Shown: piece by piece, positions 41,221 through 51,997 of the stretch | How the letters are laid out: each line of letters opens with the position of its first letter | Position numbering within the stretch: the stretch's first letter is position 1 | Source: Candidatus Poribacteria bacterium | Lineage (GTDB): Bacteria > Poribacteria > WGA-4E > WGA-3G | Reading direction: 5' to 3' | DNA: 64,000 nucleotides | Assembly: GCA_963663765.2 (NCBI GenBank) | Contig: CAXXUA010000005.1 | Location: 1,600,001-1,664,000 of the forward strand | Position numbers and translations under genes: made by a program | Notes under the pieces: generated by a model | What the model saw: only the letters and a program-made list of their open reading frames with translations | What the model was told of the DNA's origin: nothing | Databases searched by the model: none

Positions 41221-41949
41221 TCAATATAAAGAACTACTGTTATGAGGCTGTCTTATCAACCGTTCCTCGTACTTTTGCATTAACGCTTCTCCTGAAATCC
41301 CATCTTTTTGTGCTACCTCCTCCAATTCACCATCTAACATAAAAAGATATCTTGTTCCAACATGATATCCCAGTTCAATATTGTGTGTTGTGATGAGTAT
41401 ACCTTTCCCATTTTGCTGTTCTTGTGCGATTCGTTCCTGCACAAAATGTTTCGCAGCCGCGTCAAGACCAGAAAAGGGTTCATCAAGCAACAATATTGAG
41501 GGACAGTGAAGGAGGGCTTTAGCGATCATAAAACGTTGCGTCATGCCACGTGAAAAGATATGAAGCGGTTCATGTAAAAATCGTTGCAAACCAACTTCAT
41601 TCAGCAGTGCACTACAACGGGTTTCCAATTTTTCAACGCCATACATCTGACCGAAAAACTTTAGATTCTGATATGCTGTCAATGTAGGATACGCCAAATG
41701 CTCATGGATAATAACACCTAACATGCTGCGAACTTTTGCATAATCATCAAATGCATCAGTATCATCAATCTCAAGTTTGCCAGATGTCGGTCGGAGGAGA
41801 GTCGCAAGAATTTTGATTAACGTGGTTTTTCCAGCACCATTAGGACCAAAAATCGCAACAACTTCCCCAGAATTTATTGTAAGGTTAACCTCTTTGACAA
41901 TCGTTCTGTGTCCAAAGTTCTTTGTGATCTGAGAAGCAGAAAGGTGCAT
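41221..41949 (-). CDS. ccmA: Heme exporter ATP-binding protein CcmA
   Basis: GPNGAGKT, FSRGM and LLLDEP motifs; upstream of ccmB. Confidence 0.8.
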   Translation of the reverse strand: MHLSASQITKNFGHRTIVKEVNLTINSGEVVAIFGPNGAGKTTLIKILATLLRPTSGKLEIDDTDAFDDYAKVRSMLGVIIHEHLAYPTLTAYQNLKFFGQMYGVEKLETRCSALLNEVGLQRFLHEPLHIFSRGMTQRFMIAKALLHCPSILLLDEPFSGLDAAAKHFVQERIAQEQQNGKGILITTHNIELGYHVGTRYLFMLDGELEEVAQKDGISGEALMQKYEERLIRQPHNSSSLY

Positions 41950-41990
41950 AGTATGTAGAAGAAAATTGTGATTATAGTTCTATGCAGTGC

Positions 41991-42022
41991 AAAAAGAAAA
42001 GGGCAGGTTTTCTACCTGCCCT
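41991..42022 (-). terminator. Terminator after korB
   Basis: AGGGCAGGT-loop-ACCTGCCCT followed by a T-rich run on the minus strand. Confidence 0.65.
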
Positions 42023-42034
42023 CGGCATTATGTT

Positions 42035-42940
42035 TTACATCATGCGCTGAACAATTGCGGCACCCTGCTCGGGAGTAATACCCAAAGGTTGATGTGCCAT
42101 AGGACCATGCTCCAATACAGGTTCCATCTGATCTAAGGATTGACGACTTTTATCGTGATAGAATAATCCAAGCTGCGTTTCATGTTCCTCTTTGACCGCT
42201 TGTGCCAATGCGGCAGCTTTATCACTTGTATCATGGTTATCAAGAAAATTGACACGTTCCTTCCAATAATCAAAAATCTTCATTTTTTCTTTTTTCCATG
42301 TTACACACGGACTGATCACATCAATAAAAGCGAATCCTTTGTGTTGCATCCCTTCATACATCAGTTCAGCCAGTTGTGCGCGCTCAGAACTAAATGCTCT
42401 TGCGACAAAAGTAGCTCCCATGACTATTGCCATCGCAACTGGATTTAGAGGAGTCTCTATATTACCAAACGGAGTGCTATAGGTTTGCTCACCAATTTGG
42501 GTTGTCGGAGAAGCTTGACCAACAGTTAACCCATAGATCTCGTTGTTCATCACAACATAAAGTAAGTCTATATTTTTCCGCATTGTATGGAGAAAGTGGT
42601 TCCCACCGATTCCGTATCCATCACCATCACCCCCAGTGACTACAACATTTAACTCGTGGTTTGCGAGTTTTGCACCGGTGGCTACAGCGAGTGAACGCCC
42701 ATGGAGTGTATGCATTCCGTAAGTGCGGATATAACCCGGTAAATTAGAGGAGCACCCGATTCCACTAACGGTGAGATGATCATGATTTCCCCGTTCAGTT
42801 TTTGCGTAAGCGATTTGCAAAGCACTTAGCACAGTAAAATCACCACAACCGGGACACCAGTCAGGGTGTACATCCCCTTTAAAATCTTTTGCTGTAGGAA
42901 CACCTTTGATAGGTCTCTCTTTTTTCGCCATCTGTCTCAT
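42035..42940 (-). CDS. 2-oxoacid:ferredoxin oxidoreductase beta subunit
   Basis: WCPGCG, SGIGCS, GGDGD and SPCVT motifs. Confidence 0.92.
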   Translation of the reverse strand: MRQMAKKERPIKGVPTAKDFKGDVHPDWCPGCGDFTVLSALQIAYAKTERGNHDHLTVSGIGCSSNLPGYIRTYGMHTLHGRSLAVATGAKLANHELNVVVTGGDGDGYGIGGNHFLHTMRKNIDLLYVVMNNEIYGLTVGQASPTTQIGEQTYSTPFGNIETPLNPVAMAIVMGATFVARAFSSERAQLAELMYEGMQHKGFAFIDVISPCVTWKKEKMKIFDYWKERVNFLDNHDTSDKAAALAQAVKEEHETQLGLFYHDKSRQSLDQMEPVLEHGPMAHQPLGITPEQGAAIVQRMM

Positions 42941-42949
42941 CCTCCTTTG

Positions 42950-44758
42950 TTAGACAACAATTTCCTGATATGGTACATAAAGCTCTGTCTTGCCAATTAA
43001 CAGTTCACGTGTCCCATCAACAATATGGTGCGGCATAAAAGGTTCCCCATCATATTTACGTATATGTCCATCAGCCTTAAATCCGGTTTCACCCCGCAAG
43101 AATCGGGCAAACTGTCCCGTGTAGTTACACTCAACTATAATGGCGTGTCCAGCTTTTGCTAAGATATCGTTTACGACATCCTCACTCATTGGATATAACC
43201 ATTTAAACTGAATATGGTTTGTTTGGATACCCTCATCAGTTAAGATTTTTGCTGCTTCAGTGATGATACCATGTGTAGAACCCCAACCGATGAGTGTAAC
43301 CTCAGCATCTTCTGGTCCTTCAAGTGTCGGTGGTGGAAGTAGTTCAACGATTCCATCCATTTTCCGTTGCCGTTTTTCCATGATATCACGACGTTTGTGT
43401 GGGTTTGTGAACTCATCACTAATTAATCCACCATCTTCATAGTGGTCATCGGTAGCAACTACGTGCATGTGTTCGGGTGTGCCTGGAATTGCCCGAGGTG
43501 ATATTCCACTTTCGGTTATCTGAAAGCGGAGATATTCGTCCTCGCTCCCTACTACATCCGTTATCAATTCCCCGCGGTCAATTTCCGGTTGCCAATTGAT
43601 ATCAGCTGGATCAAAGGTAGAATAACCCTCTCCGAGCATAAGGTCTGTGAGGACCATTCCTGGGCATTGGAATTTGTCAACGAGGTTGAAAAGTTCTGGT
43701 ATTGTGTTGTATCCATCAACAATACTGGTAGGTGCGACAACGATTTTTGGGAAATCACCTTGACTTGCTCCGAGTATCTGCCAGAGATCACCTTGTTCGG
43801 TTTTCGTAGGCAAACCTGTTGAGGGGCCTCCGCGTTGCACATTAATGACAACGATGGGAATTTCCATCATCGCTGCACTACCTATAGCTTCAGACATCAA
43901 TGCAAACCCGCCTCCGGAGGTTGCGCACATTGCACGGCAACCTGTGTGCGCAGCACCGATCACCATGTTGATAACACTGATTTCGTCTTCACATTGGCGT
44001 ACCATGATGTTAAGATCACGTGCGTTTCCTGCCATCCAACGTAGCACACCCGTAGAAGGACTCATCGGATACGCGCAATAAAATTTGACACCCGCAGCCG
44101 CACCCCCCATCGCCATTAACTCATTACCTTGACCAAAAGCAAGCTCGGGTTCCTGTTGTTCAAACCGGACATCAAATCCAGTGAAGTGATCAAGAGCGTG
44201 TTGATAACCTGCCCTTGCAACTAAAATATTAGCATCTACAGTTTCCTGTCCTTTTCTTTTCAGAAGCGCTTTGATAAGAATATCTTCAAACACCTCTAAA
44301 TCTGTACCCACGAGTCTCAAAGTAGTACCAAGCAGACACGTGTTCAAACACGCTTTCTGTATTGTTTTATCCTCTATGTGACTGGAGTATTGTTTGTAGG
44401 GGATTGGACAGAATTGAATATCGTCTCGTTCCGGCACTTTTTTGACTTCATCACTGTTATAGATAATAGCACCGCCGGGTCTGATGTGCGGTACATGCTT
44501 TTCTACACTGTTTTGATCAAGAGCAATGATAAGGTCAATTTTGTCACCATGGTTGGCAACTGGGGCCGAACTGATTCTGATGGTAAGGAAGGTATGCCCG
44601 CCACGTATGAGAGATTGATAAGCACTATAGGCGAAAACATGGAGACCGTGCCGGGCACAGATTTGACTGAGGTTTTTACCTGTTGTTGCTATGCCTTGTC
44701 CAGGTGCACCACCTATGGCGACTACAAAATCGTACTTTGCCATCTTGGCTCCTTTCAA
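42950..44758 (-). CDS. 2-oxoacid:ferredoxin oxidoreductase alpha subunit
   Basis: YPMSP, EDE, TSGGG and RGGPSTGLPT motifs. Confidence 0.92.
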   Translation of the reverse strand: MKGAKMAKYDFVVAIGGAPGQGIATTGKNLSQICARHGLHVFAYSAYQSLIRGGHTFLTIRISSAPVANHGDKIDLIIALDQNSVEKHVPHIRPGGAIIYNSDEVKKVPERDDIQFCPIPYKQYSSHIEDKTIQKACLNTCLLGTTLRLVGTDLEVFEDILIKALLKRKGQETVDANILVARAGYQHALDHFTGFDVRFEQQEPELAFGQGNELMAMGGAAAGVKFYCAYPMSPSTGVLRWMAGNARDLNIMVRQCEDEISVINMVIGAAHTGCRAMCATSGGGFALMSEAIGSAAMMEIPIVVINVQRGGPSTGLPTKTEQGDLWQILGASQGDFPKIVVAPTSIVDGYNTIPELFNLVDKFQCPGMVLTDLMLGEGYSTFDPADINWQPEIDRGELITDVVGSEDEYLRFQITESGISPRAIPGTPEHMHVVATDDHYEDGGLISDEFTNPHKRRDIMEKRQRKMDGIVELLPPPTLEGPEDAEVTLIGWGSTHGIITEAAKILTDEGIQTNHIQFKWLYPMSEDVVNDILAKAGHAIIVECNYTGQFARFLRGETGFKADGHIRKYDGEPFMPHHIVDGTRELLIGKTELYVPYQEIVV

Positions 44759-45049
44759 ATTGTAATCAAATTTGTTCGGTTTTTAATATTTTATAATTTC
44801 ATGAGTTCTTCATTATTAGCAAAACTCGTTATAATTCCTTTATAACATTCCAATATTTCCTTTCCCTAATTATACTATATTTATAATCCATTTTCAAGTA
44901 ATTATTTTGCAGAGCGAAGTGTAAAGTTTATTGTATATGTCTGAACCATGATTTTCAATAAAACAATTATCTCAATGTATAAGGAGGCGTTTTAATTATA
45001 CCGCACCAAGGTTATATCTCTATGCAACCTATCATTGCTACCTTTCCTC

Positions 45050-45661
45050 TTAAGCTTGAATAAATGTTTTAAGTGCGTCCTGTGCTTCTGGAGTTCCAAT
45101 CTTATTTAATGCGACAGCCGCGTGATGTTGGACATCTTGTGAATCGTCTTCAAGTGCTTTAATGAGGGCGGGTACTGCCTCTGCTGCGCCTTCCATTCTA
45201 CTAAGTGCATAAGCTGCATAAGAACGAACTACATCCGAAGGGTCGGTTAAAGTTTGAATGAGTGTGGGTATTGCGCATGTTGCTGCATTTCCCATACTAC
45301 TCAGCGCGCGAGCCGCATACTCTCGTAAATCTTCATTTAGTTTGTTAGATAATGCATCAACCAAAGCGGGTATTGCCGGTTTACCTATACGGGCTAATGT
45401 GCTGCTAATTGCAAGACCGTGGTATCTTTCAGATGCCCTCATTTCATCCATGAGTTGAGGTATAGCGGGTTCACCAATTGCTGTCAAGATATCGGTAGCT
45501 AATTCAACTACGTCTCCAAAGTTATGCGCCAATGCTACAATAAGTTGCGGTATAGCAGGTTCACCAATTGCAATCAATTCTGTTTTGGCAGGATCACGTA
45601 TGTCATCGTCTAACTCCTCAATATCCTCAATCAACTCTGCAATACGTTGTTCATCATTCAT
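45050..45661 (-). CDS. HEAT (PBS-lyase type) repeat protein
   Basis: Repeated AIP.LI.AL...VR..AA.AL units. Confidence 0.85.
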   Translation of the reverse strand: MNDEQRIAELIEDIEELDDDIRDPAKTELIAIGEPAIPQLIVALAHNFGDVVELATDILTAIGEPAIPQLMDEMRASERYHGLAISSTLARIGKPAIPALVDALSNKLNEDLREYAARALSSMGNAATCAIPTLIQTLTDPSDVVRSYAAYALSRMEGAAEAVPALIKALEDDSQDVQHHAAVALNKIGTPEAQDALKTFIQA

Positions 45662-45682
45662 TCATGTTATCCTTTATGTCTG

Positions 45683-46978
45683 TCAACTATCTAAGCCTCG
45701 TTCTTTGCACAGATCGAAAATTTCAGTAAGACGGGATGTCTGCTCTTTGCGCATTCTATTATAAACCCGTTCCGAAATATCTTGACTTTCATGCATCTCA
45801 TCAAGTTGAGCAATCAATTCAAGCCGTGAAGTTCGTGCATGCTCAAGGTCAGCATCGCTGAGTTTACGTAACCATCCTTCGTCTGTTGGTGCAAACTCTG
45901 CGGTATCAGATTCGCCTGAAGTGCGATGTGTACCGCGTATCATGAATATCGCCGCCACAAGAAATCCACCTGCTAATACCGAAGCTATCGCAATAAGCAC
46001 CGTTTGACCAAATGTAAATTTTTGTTTCGGTAATCCCAACTTTAAGTTGATCTTTTTCCCCGCAGGAAAGCCTTTAGCAGGCGAAGCAGGATATACTTTG
46101 TAAACCACATTGTTAATTGGCTCATATTGTGTTGTCTTGAAATGCTTTGAATGAGGTTCTAAGTTGATATTGACAGGAACAAGAAATGATATTTTATCCA
46201 CGGGATACTGCAATGTACGCGATAAATTAAGTTTATCCTTAAGTGCATGATAAATGTAGGTATATCCCATTTTCGTTTCACCCGTTGACAAAGGGTCCGT
46301 GAGAACGATATGTTTACCGATTTTACTCTGTTTTAAGGACGTGGGTGAATGCGGGTGAAATTCCTCAAAACCCTCTGGCAGTCTAAGCTTAAACCCTACT
46401 TTTTCATTACCAAGCGTCGTCAATAACGATGATTTGCTAAGGTTTTCAACGTCTAATGCTTCAATCACTGCCACAGCACCATCTGCAGCATGGTCTTGCG
46501 GCGGTAAGCCAAGTGCAATCGTATAGGATTTGATACGCACCTGAGTTGCATCGTCTGTCGTATCGTTAAATCGGATATCAACCGATAAACTGGGAACCCA
46601 GGATGTAACAACTAAATCCTTCTCTGTATATTGAAGACCGCCGTAAGATGTAGATACTGTATAGTGTGTCTCATCATCAAGTGGTAGATTCTCAAAACGA
46701 TAGTTCCCGTTCTCATCAGTCCGCGTTTCTTGTTGTGTAACATCATCACCTTTGTGAATATTCAGCACAACAGTATGATTAGTAATAATTTTATTGTTAC
46801 TAACATCGGTTAGTTTACCGTGAATACCACCCACATCATTTTGCGAATTAGTCACGGGGACATACAGTAGAAAAGAAAATAATAGAATTATCAGAATGTT
46901 ACGAAACCGAAAGGTTTCAATATGTTTTTGCGGGCGGTGTCGTTGGGGGATCAACCTTGGGGAACTGTAATTCTTCAT
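45683..46978 (-). CDS. Membrane-anchored protein with carboxypeptidase-regulatory-like domain, ccm-cluster associated
   Basis: TDENGNYRFENL; C-terminal TM and CcmI-like LD..HE...ISE..Y motif. Confidence 0.55.
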   Translation of the reverse strand: MKNYSSPRLIPQRHRPQKHIETFRFRNILIILLFSFLLYVPVTNSQNDVGGIHGKLTDVSNNKIITNHTVVLNIHKGDDVTQQETRTDENGNYRFENLPLDDETHYTVSTSYGGLQYTEKDLVVTSWVPSLSVDIRFNDTTDDATQVRIKSYTIALGLPPQDHAADGAVAVIEALDVENLSKSSLLTTLGNEKVGFKLRLPEGFEEFHPHSPTSLKQSKIGKHIVLTDPLSTGETKMGYTYIYHALKDKLNLSRTLQYPVDKISFLVPVNINLEPHSKHFKTTQYEPINNVVYKVYPASPAKGFPAGKKINLKLGLPKQKFTFGQTVLIAIASVLAGGFLVAAIFMIRGTHRTSGESDTAEFAPTDEGWLRKLSDADLEHARTSRLELIAQLDEMHESQDISERVYNRMRKEQTSRLTEIFDLCKERGLDS

Positions 46979-47307
46979 TATCCTCGTTTTTGCCGTTTAT
47001 ACCTTTCAATCTCAGATTCTACATCCGACTTTGCATCTGTTTCCAATTGACTAACAATTTGAGCCGTTTCTTTCATCAGTGCAGCTCTTAACTCTTTGTA
47101 ATCCTTCTCAGATAGCTTCCCAGATTCATAATCTTCATCAAGGTCTGCTAAAGCAGAATAACTCTGTTCGCGTTCAAGATTGAGTGTTTGCAAACGTGCT
47201 TGCGTCGCGTCTACCTCAGGAAAAACACCCTCTTCCCGATATAACGGATAGATGATATATAACATCACAAGCACTCCTAAAACAATAATCCATACTAACA
47301 AAATCAT
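46978..47307 (-). CDS. CcmI-N-like small membrane protein
   Basis: TM then L.DLD.DY.SGKLSE.DY..LR. Confidence 0.6.
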   Translation of the reverse strand: MILLVWIIVLGVLVMLYIIYPLYREEGVFPEVDATQARLQTLNLEREQSYSALADLDEDYESGKLSEKDYKELRAALMKETAQIVSQLETDAKSDVESEIERYKRQKRG

Positions 47308-47315
47308 AATAATAC

Positions 47316-47948
47316 CTAATTTTGATCCTTGTATCTTTCAAGTTCTGCTTCAAGCTGCCGCTGCATTTCCTCAGAAATGTTATTATCTGGTTGTGTGAGT
47401 TGTGCCTTATTCCCGCGTGAATTTTGCAGAACAACTACAGCCACACCACCAATAATTAAAAGAATCACCGCTGGCATTATATACGCAAGAAGGTTGATCC
47501 CCTCTGCATGCATGACTGCAGAATACTGAGGTCCATGTTCTTCAAGATACGTAGCGCGGATTTCCGCAACAGTTTGACCTTCCTTCAATGCATTCCGAAA
47601 TTCCTTTTTTATATATTCCGCAGTGACACAATGACATATCTCATAAGTCATACGATCACAACCACAAAAACAGTAGAGCGTCGTATTCAACTCATACATT
47701 TGAGATTCAAAATCTTCGCTATCCTGGAATTCAACAACTTCACCATTCTCTGATTCAACCGTTTCACTATCTCGTAGTTCAGCATCTACACCATTCTGCG
47801 AATCCACTTTTTCACTATCTAAAGGTTTTATCCCTTCTTGACTATCTTGTGCAACAGCGAAAGCAGAAAGGAACAAAAAGGCAAATATAAACATAGAAAT
47901 GAGGGGCGTTTCAACAGAACTCGCAATTCGTTTCTTCATTGCTTTCAC
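47316..47948 (-). CDS. ccmH: Cytochrome c biogenesis CcmH-like protein
   Basis: LYCFCGC...CHC, G.T..EI...Y...HG and C-terminal TM; follows ccmF. Confidence 0.7.
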   Translation of the reverse strand: MKAMKKRIASSVETPLISMFIFAFLFLSAFAVAQDSQEGIKPLDSEKVDSQNGVDAELRDSETVESENGEVVEFQDSEDFESQMYELNTTLYCFCGCDRMTYEICHCVTAEYIKKEFRNALKEGQTVAEIRATYLEEHGPQYSAVMHAEGINLLAYIMPAVILLIIGGVAVVVLQNSRGNKAQLTQPDNNISEEMQRQLEAELERYKDQN

Positions 47949-50105
47949 CTATGCCATCGCCTCTTGCGACTTGTGGACATGTTTCTGAGAAATCGCCACG
48001 AGACCTCCCAAAACCATCACAAAAACACCTATCCAAACAACTTTAATAAGCGGATTATGATAGATTTGAACATTTACCAGACCACCATTACGCAAATCTT
48101 GGGGTAGATCACCAATGGCAATATAAACATCGTTCATACCTATGCCGTGTATTGCTGACTCAATCGTATCTTGATCACCTTGTCCCGCCTTAAAGTAGTA
48201 GTTTCTTGCAGGCTTCATTTTCTTCACATGTTTGCCATCCTTTTCAACATCAACGATAATCCCTGCCTGATTGTAATTCTCACCTTGTTCTTGAAATGTA
48301 TCTTCTACAGTGAACTGATAGGCACCAACTTCCATTGAGTCACCAAGCTGTAAGCTTTTGCTTTCAAGCAGAAAATAACCCTTAGACCCCATAATTCCTA
48401 TATACACAATAACAATGCCTATATGGATAATATAACCTCCATAGCGACGCTTGTTACGCTGGATAAGTTGTAATAAGCCGCTAAATAACGAGGTTTGCTG
48501 CCGTTTTCCTCTCAGTTTTGCACCACGATAAAACTCGTTAAAAATTGCCACAACCACAAACACGCTGGCAAAAACACAAAGCATTGAATAAATAGGTATT
48601 GGATGATCTTTGAAAATCAGAGATTCCCATACCTGCACAAAAATATTCGGTGTGGTGACATCAGAAACTGCTGTCGCCATATCTTTTTCAGCTGCAACAT
48701 TTATAGTATAAGTTCTATAAGCAAGGAAAAACCATGTCACCCCTGCTGCTACCAAACCATAGATAATTGGTAAAATAAACATTCGGCGAAAATTGTTAAA
48801 CGTAATCTTTTTCCAAGAGATAATCGGACCAGCACCGGTCAAGAAGAGGAGTAGTAATCCAGGAATAATAACAACTTTGTTGAAGAAAGCCTCAGGAACA
48901 GTGGCTTTTTCACCGCTAATCGCTTCGGAGATAATCGGCCACAAAGTACCCCAAAGGATTATCAACGTCAAACCGACCAACAACCAATTGTTCAATACAA
49001 ACGCACTTTCACGGGACAAAAGCGATTCAAGACGGTTCGCACTTTTGAGACGCTGCCAACGGTAGACAATAAGTCCTATAATGCCCGCAGTTGAAGTAAG
49101 AATGAAACCCAGAAAATACCAACCAATATCAGATTGTGCAAATGAATGGACTGATGATATTACACCACTACGAGTAATAAAAGTTCCCAATAATGTGAAT
49201 TGAAACGCTAAGGTAATAAGCAGAATATTCCACAGTTTGAGCATGTTCCGTTTTTCTTGAATCATCACAGAGTGCAGATACGCAGTGCCGAGTAGCCACG
49301 GCATAAAGGAAGCATTCTCAACAGGATCCCATGCCCAATAACCACCCCAACCGAGTTCCTGATATGCCCAATGCCCACCAAGGGTAATACCAACAGTTAA
49401 GACTATCCATGAAAACAGCATCCACCGACGAGAACGAAGTGTCCAATCACTCGCAATTCTACCAGAAAACAGCGCACCCATAGCAAATGCAAACGGCACT
49501 GTCAGACTAATCCAACCGATGTACAACGTTGGTGGATGAAACGCCATGCTGGGTGTCTGTAACAGTGGGTTCAACCCCTTACCATCAGACATAACCATTC
49601 CGTTAGCATAACGCTCAAACGGACTATAAACCCCATGAACTGCTCCCGTAACAACGAGAATAAAAAATAACTGCACAATAGTAACAGCAATCAGCGCATA
49701 ATCCGATAATGTATCGTTTGCCTTCCTGTTTTGCCATACAACAAGCACACTACCAACAGTAATCAACCAAAGCCAAAATAGAAGCGACCCCGACATACCA
49801 CCCCAAAGAGCAGTGATTTTATACAATAAAGGTTGCGCCGCACTGGATACCTCAACAACATATCTCATTGAAAAGTCATCCGTCACAAAACTAAAAATGA
49901 GCACTGCTGTTGCAAGACTAATAAGAGCAAAGGTTGCTATAACAGCATTCCGACCACTTTTCAATAAACCGATTTTTTTCAGTTGCAGTCCAATACCAAG
50001 TGCAGCAATCGCCCAAATCGTAGAGAATAAGGATACCCAGATCGCAGCTTGACCAAGTTCGGCTGCAACACCCTGTATACGTTCCACAAGCACCTCTATT
50101 AACAT
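47949..50105 (-). CDS. ccmF: Heme lyase CcmF
   Basis: WAYQELGWGGYWAWDPVENAS (WWD), HPP and SVHSF motifs. Confidence 0.95.
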   Translation of the reverse strand: MLIEVLVERIQGVAAELGQAAIWVSLFSTIWAIAALGIGLQLKKIGLLKSGRNAVIATFALISLATAVLIFSFVTDDFSMRYVVEVSSAAQPLLYKITALWGGMSGSLLFWLWLITVGSVLVVWQNRKANDTLSDYALIAVTIVQLFFILVVTGAVHGVYSPFERYANGMVMSDGKGLNPLLQTPSMAFHPPTLYIGWISLTVPFAFAMGALFSGRIASDWTLRSRRWMLFSWIVLTVGITLGGHWAYQELGWGGYWAWDPVENASFMPWLLGTAYLHSVMIQEKRNMLKLWNILLITLAFQFTLLGTFITRSGVISSVHSFAQSDIGWYFLGFILTSTAGIIGLIVYRWQRLKSANRLESLLSRESAFVLNNWLLVGLTLIILWGTLWPIISEAISGEKATVPEAFFNKVVIIPGLLLLFLTGAGPIISWKKITFNNFRRMFILPIIYGLVAAGVTWFFLAYRTYTINVAAEKDMATAVSDVTTPNIFVQVWESLIFKDHPIPIYSMLCVFASVFVVVAIFNEFYRGAKLRGKRQQTSLFSGLLQLIQRNKRRYGGYIIHIGIVIVYIGIMGSKGYFLLESKSLQLGDSMEVGAYQFTVEDTFQEQGENYNQAGIIVDVEKDGKHVKKMKPARNYYFKAGQGDQDTIESAIHGIGMNDVYIAIGDLPQDLRNGGLVNVQIYHNPLIKVVWIGVFVMVLGGLVAISQKHVHKSQEAMA

Positions 50106-50133
50106 AACATACCTTTAATCTGCTAACTATTAG

Positions 50134-50577
50134 TTACAAAGAACTACTTGCAGGTTCAGAACTTTCTGCTTCTTCGTATTTGGAAGCACATTTCGTTTGT
50201 AAGTCGGTCGCAACTATTAGGTTTTTCTCTGCATCGTATATGCCCTCTACAAACACATTACCACCGTCTGTGAAGTTGTCTGGTTTCAAACGATTATATA
50301 CCACATTAACCTTCTCACTGCCTTCAAGTTCGCGCACAGCAAAGGTCAATTCAAACTTGGCTGCATCCCATGCAGAACTTCCCTCTGAAATTGCACCAAC
50401 AAGCTGAACATTTTGATTATTCAGTGTATCCGCATTCGTTATCAGTTGAGAAGGAGTTAATTCTGGCATACTCTCTTTCTTCGTCATTGACAAAACCAAA
50501 ACCACAAAACTCGTTAGCAATATTGCACTGGCAGCAAAGATTTTCAACCTTCTTTTTTTCATGTGAACATCCTCCAT
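50134..50577 (-). CDS. ccmE: Heme chaperone CcmE (CxxxY variant)
   Basis: PDNF..G..V.VEG and TKCASKY motifs. Confidence 0.85.
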   Translation of the reverse strand: MEDVHMKKRRLKIFAASAILLTSFVVLVLSMTKKESMPELTPSQLITNADTLNNQNVQLVGAISEGSSAWDAAKFELTFAVRELEGSEKVNVVYNRLKPDNFTDGGNVFVEGIYDAEKNLIVATDLQTKCASKYEEAESSEPASSSL

Positions 50578-50799
50578 AGCAACTTAGTTAGTTCTAAAGA
50601 ATATGTAAATTAAGACCCTAATTGTAATATACATAATACCTGACTTTGCTTTCAAAATCAAGTTAAAATAACCCAAATCCAATAAATCATTACGGAATTC
50701 CGTGTCTATGCTTATATATATGTGTGGTTAACCCCATGCTAAATAGTGTTTCTTGTTGTTTAGGAAAGACATAACAAAATTATAAAAGAAATGTAAAAT

Positions 50800-51091
50800 A
50801 TGAAGAAATCAAAATCGGTTCTGGTAGAAACGACAATGGTCACATGAATAGACTGTTCTGAAATGGTAGGCACAAACGTAGTGACAGTATGCGATGCTCA
50901 TCAGGAATCAGCGGATGCAGGGTGCTGCGAAGGTTGGTGTCATAGCATACACCAATGACCGCAAACTTTTTGACAAGATGTCTCCTGATGTTGTTGTACC
51001 TGCACCGCTACATCATATCGTATCCTGCTATCTGTCCAGTCACCGCATCTCACATAACGTTGAAACAGGACTTGCCCGACACTCGGTTTGA
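50800..51091 (+). pseudogene. Degenerate Gfo/Idh/MocA gene fragment
   Basis: First ~100 nt align with the start of 55329 (AATGGTCACATGAATAGACTGT vs AATGGACACATGAATAGACTGT), with indels. Confidence 0.7.
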
Positions 51092-51115
51092 TGGATATGA
51101 TTATAACAATCGTAT

Positions 51116-51991
51116 TTATACCTCTATGGTCTCTTGGAAGTCCTGAAAAGAGGTTGCAAGTGAAGCATTAAGGTTCACCTGCTTGAGTTGGTTGATGTCA
51201 GCAATAGCCTCAAGTCTGGGGATGAGGACATTGACATCTGCATGCGGGAAACGTGCTTTGATGACTGCCAATGTATTTTCAATACTCGTTTGGCGCGCCC
51301 CTTGTTCAATACCTCGTTGGATCACATGTTCGTAAAAAGGTGATTCTTGCATGATTGCCTCCAATAAAGGGTCCTGAAAAAATACTTTTGGATGTGCTAA
51401 ACTCCCGAAAAGCGAGAGTGCAAATAAAAGGGTAGCCCGCATCTCTCTGTCAATATCAACTGTCTGGATCGTCTGAATACACTTCTCAACCCAGCTTTGA
51501 GGAGTCATGTCTGCGGGCGGTTTCATCAAAGCCGTGAAAGGCAGCAACCCTACAGCTTCGGGGTCCAAAAACGCCTCACCCTCCAACTCATAGATACGGA
51601 TGACGTTATACTGAAACCACACGCCGCCACGTTGTGCGTTTCCATACCTATAGAAACCAGGGTCCCTTTGTCCCGCGGGGGGACAGAAATACAACACCGT
51701 TGAATAAACATTCTTCTCATGTTCAAGGGCAAGAAAACTAGAATACGCCAGCATTCGTAAAGGCATCGGTTTATGGGTGCTGGCGTCGGTTTGTGCCTCT
51801 ATATGTAGGATCGCCTCTTCATCGGGCAGGCGCACATCAAACGTCATATCGCTATGATGCATCCGAACCGTTGCTTGCTCTGTGCTCAACCGCTCCACGA
51901 CTTCCACCTCTGATGTTTTCAGTGCTAACACTGCCAAGTCCTGCGGGAACTTCCCAGTAACGTGTTTGAAGATTTCATCATAGTACGGCAT
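51116..51991 (-). CDS. Rpn/YhgA-like PD-(D/E)XK nuclease (putative transposase)
   Basis: YD..FK, SD, LHIEAQT, MP.RML.Y and MQESPFY...GIEQG motifs; start ATG 51991 chosen. Confidence 0.8.
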   Translation of the reverse strand: MPYYDEIFKHVTGKFPQDLAVLALKTSEVEVVERLSTEQATVRMHHSDMTFDVRLPDEEAILHIEAQTDASTHKPMPLRMLAYSSFLALEHEKNVYSTVLYFCPPAGQRDPGFYRYGNAQRGGVWFQYNVIRIYELEGEAFLDPEAVGLLPFTALMKPPADMTPQSWVEKCIQTIQTVDIDREMRATLLFALSLFGSLAHPKVFFQDPLLEAIMQESPFYEHVIQRGIEQGARQTSIENTLAVIKARFPHADVNVLIPRLEAIADINQLKQVNLNASLATSFQDFQETIEV

Positions 51992-51997
51992 ACAATT

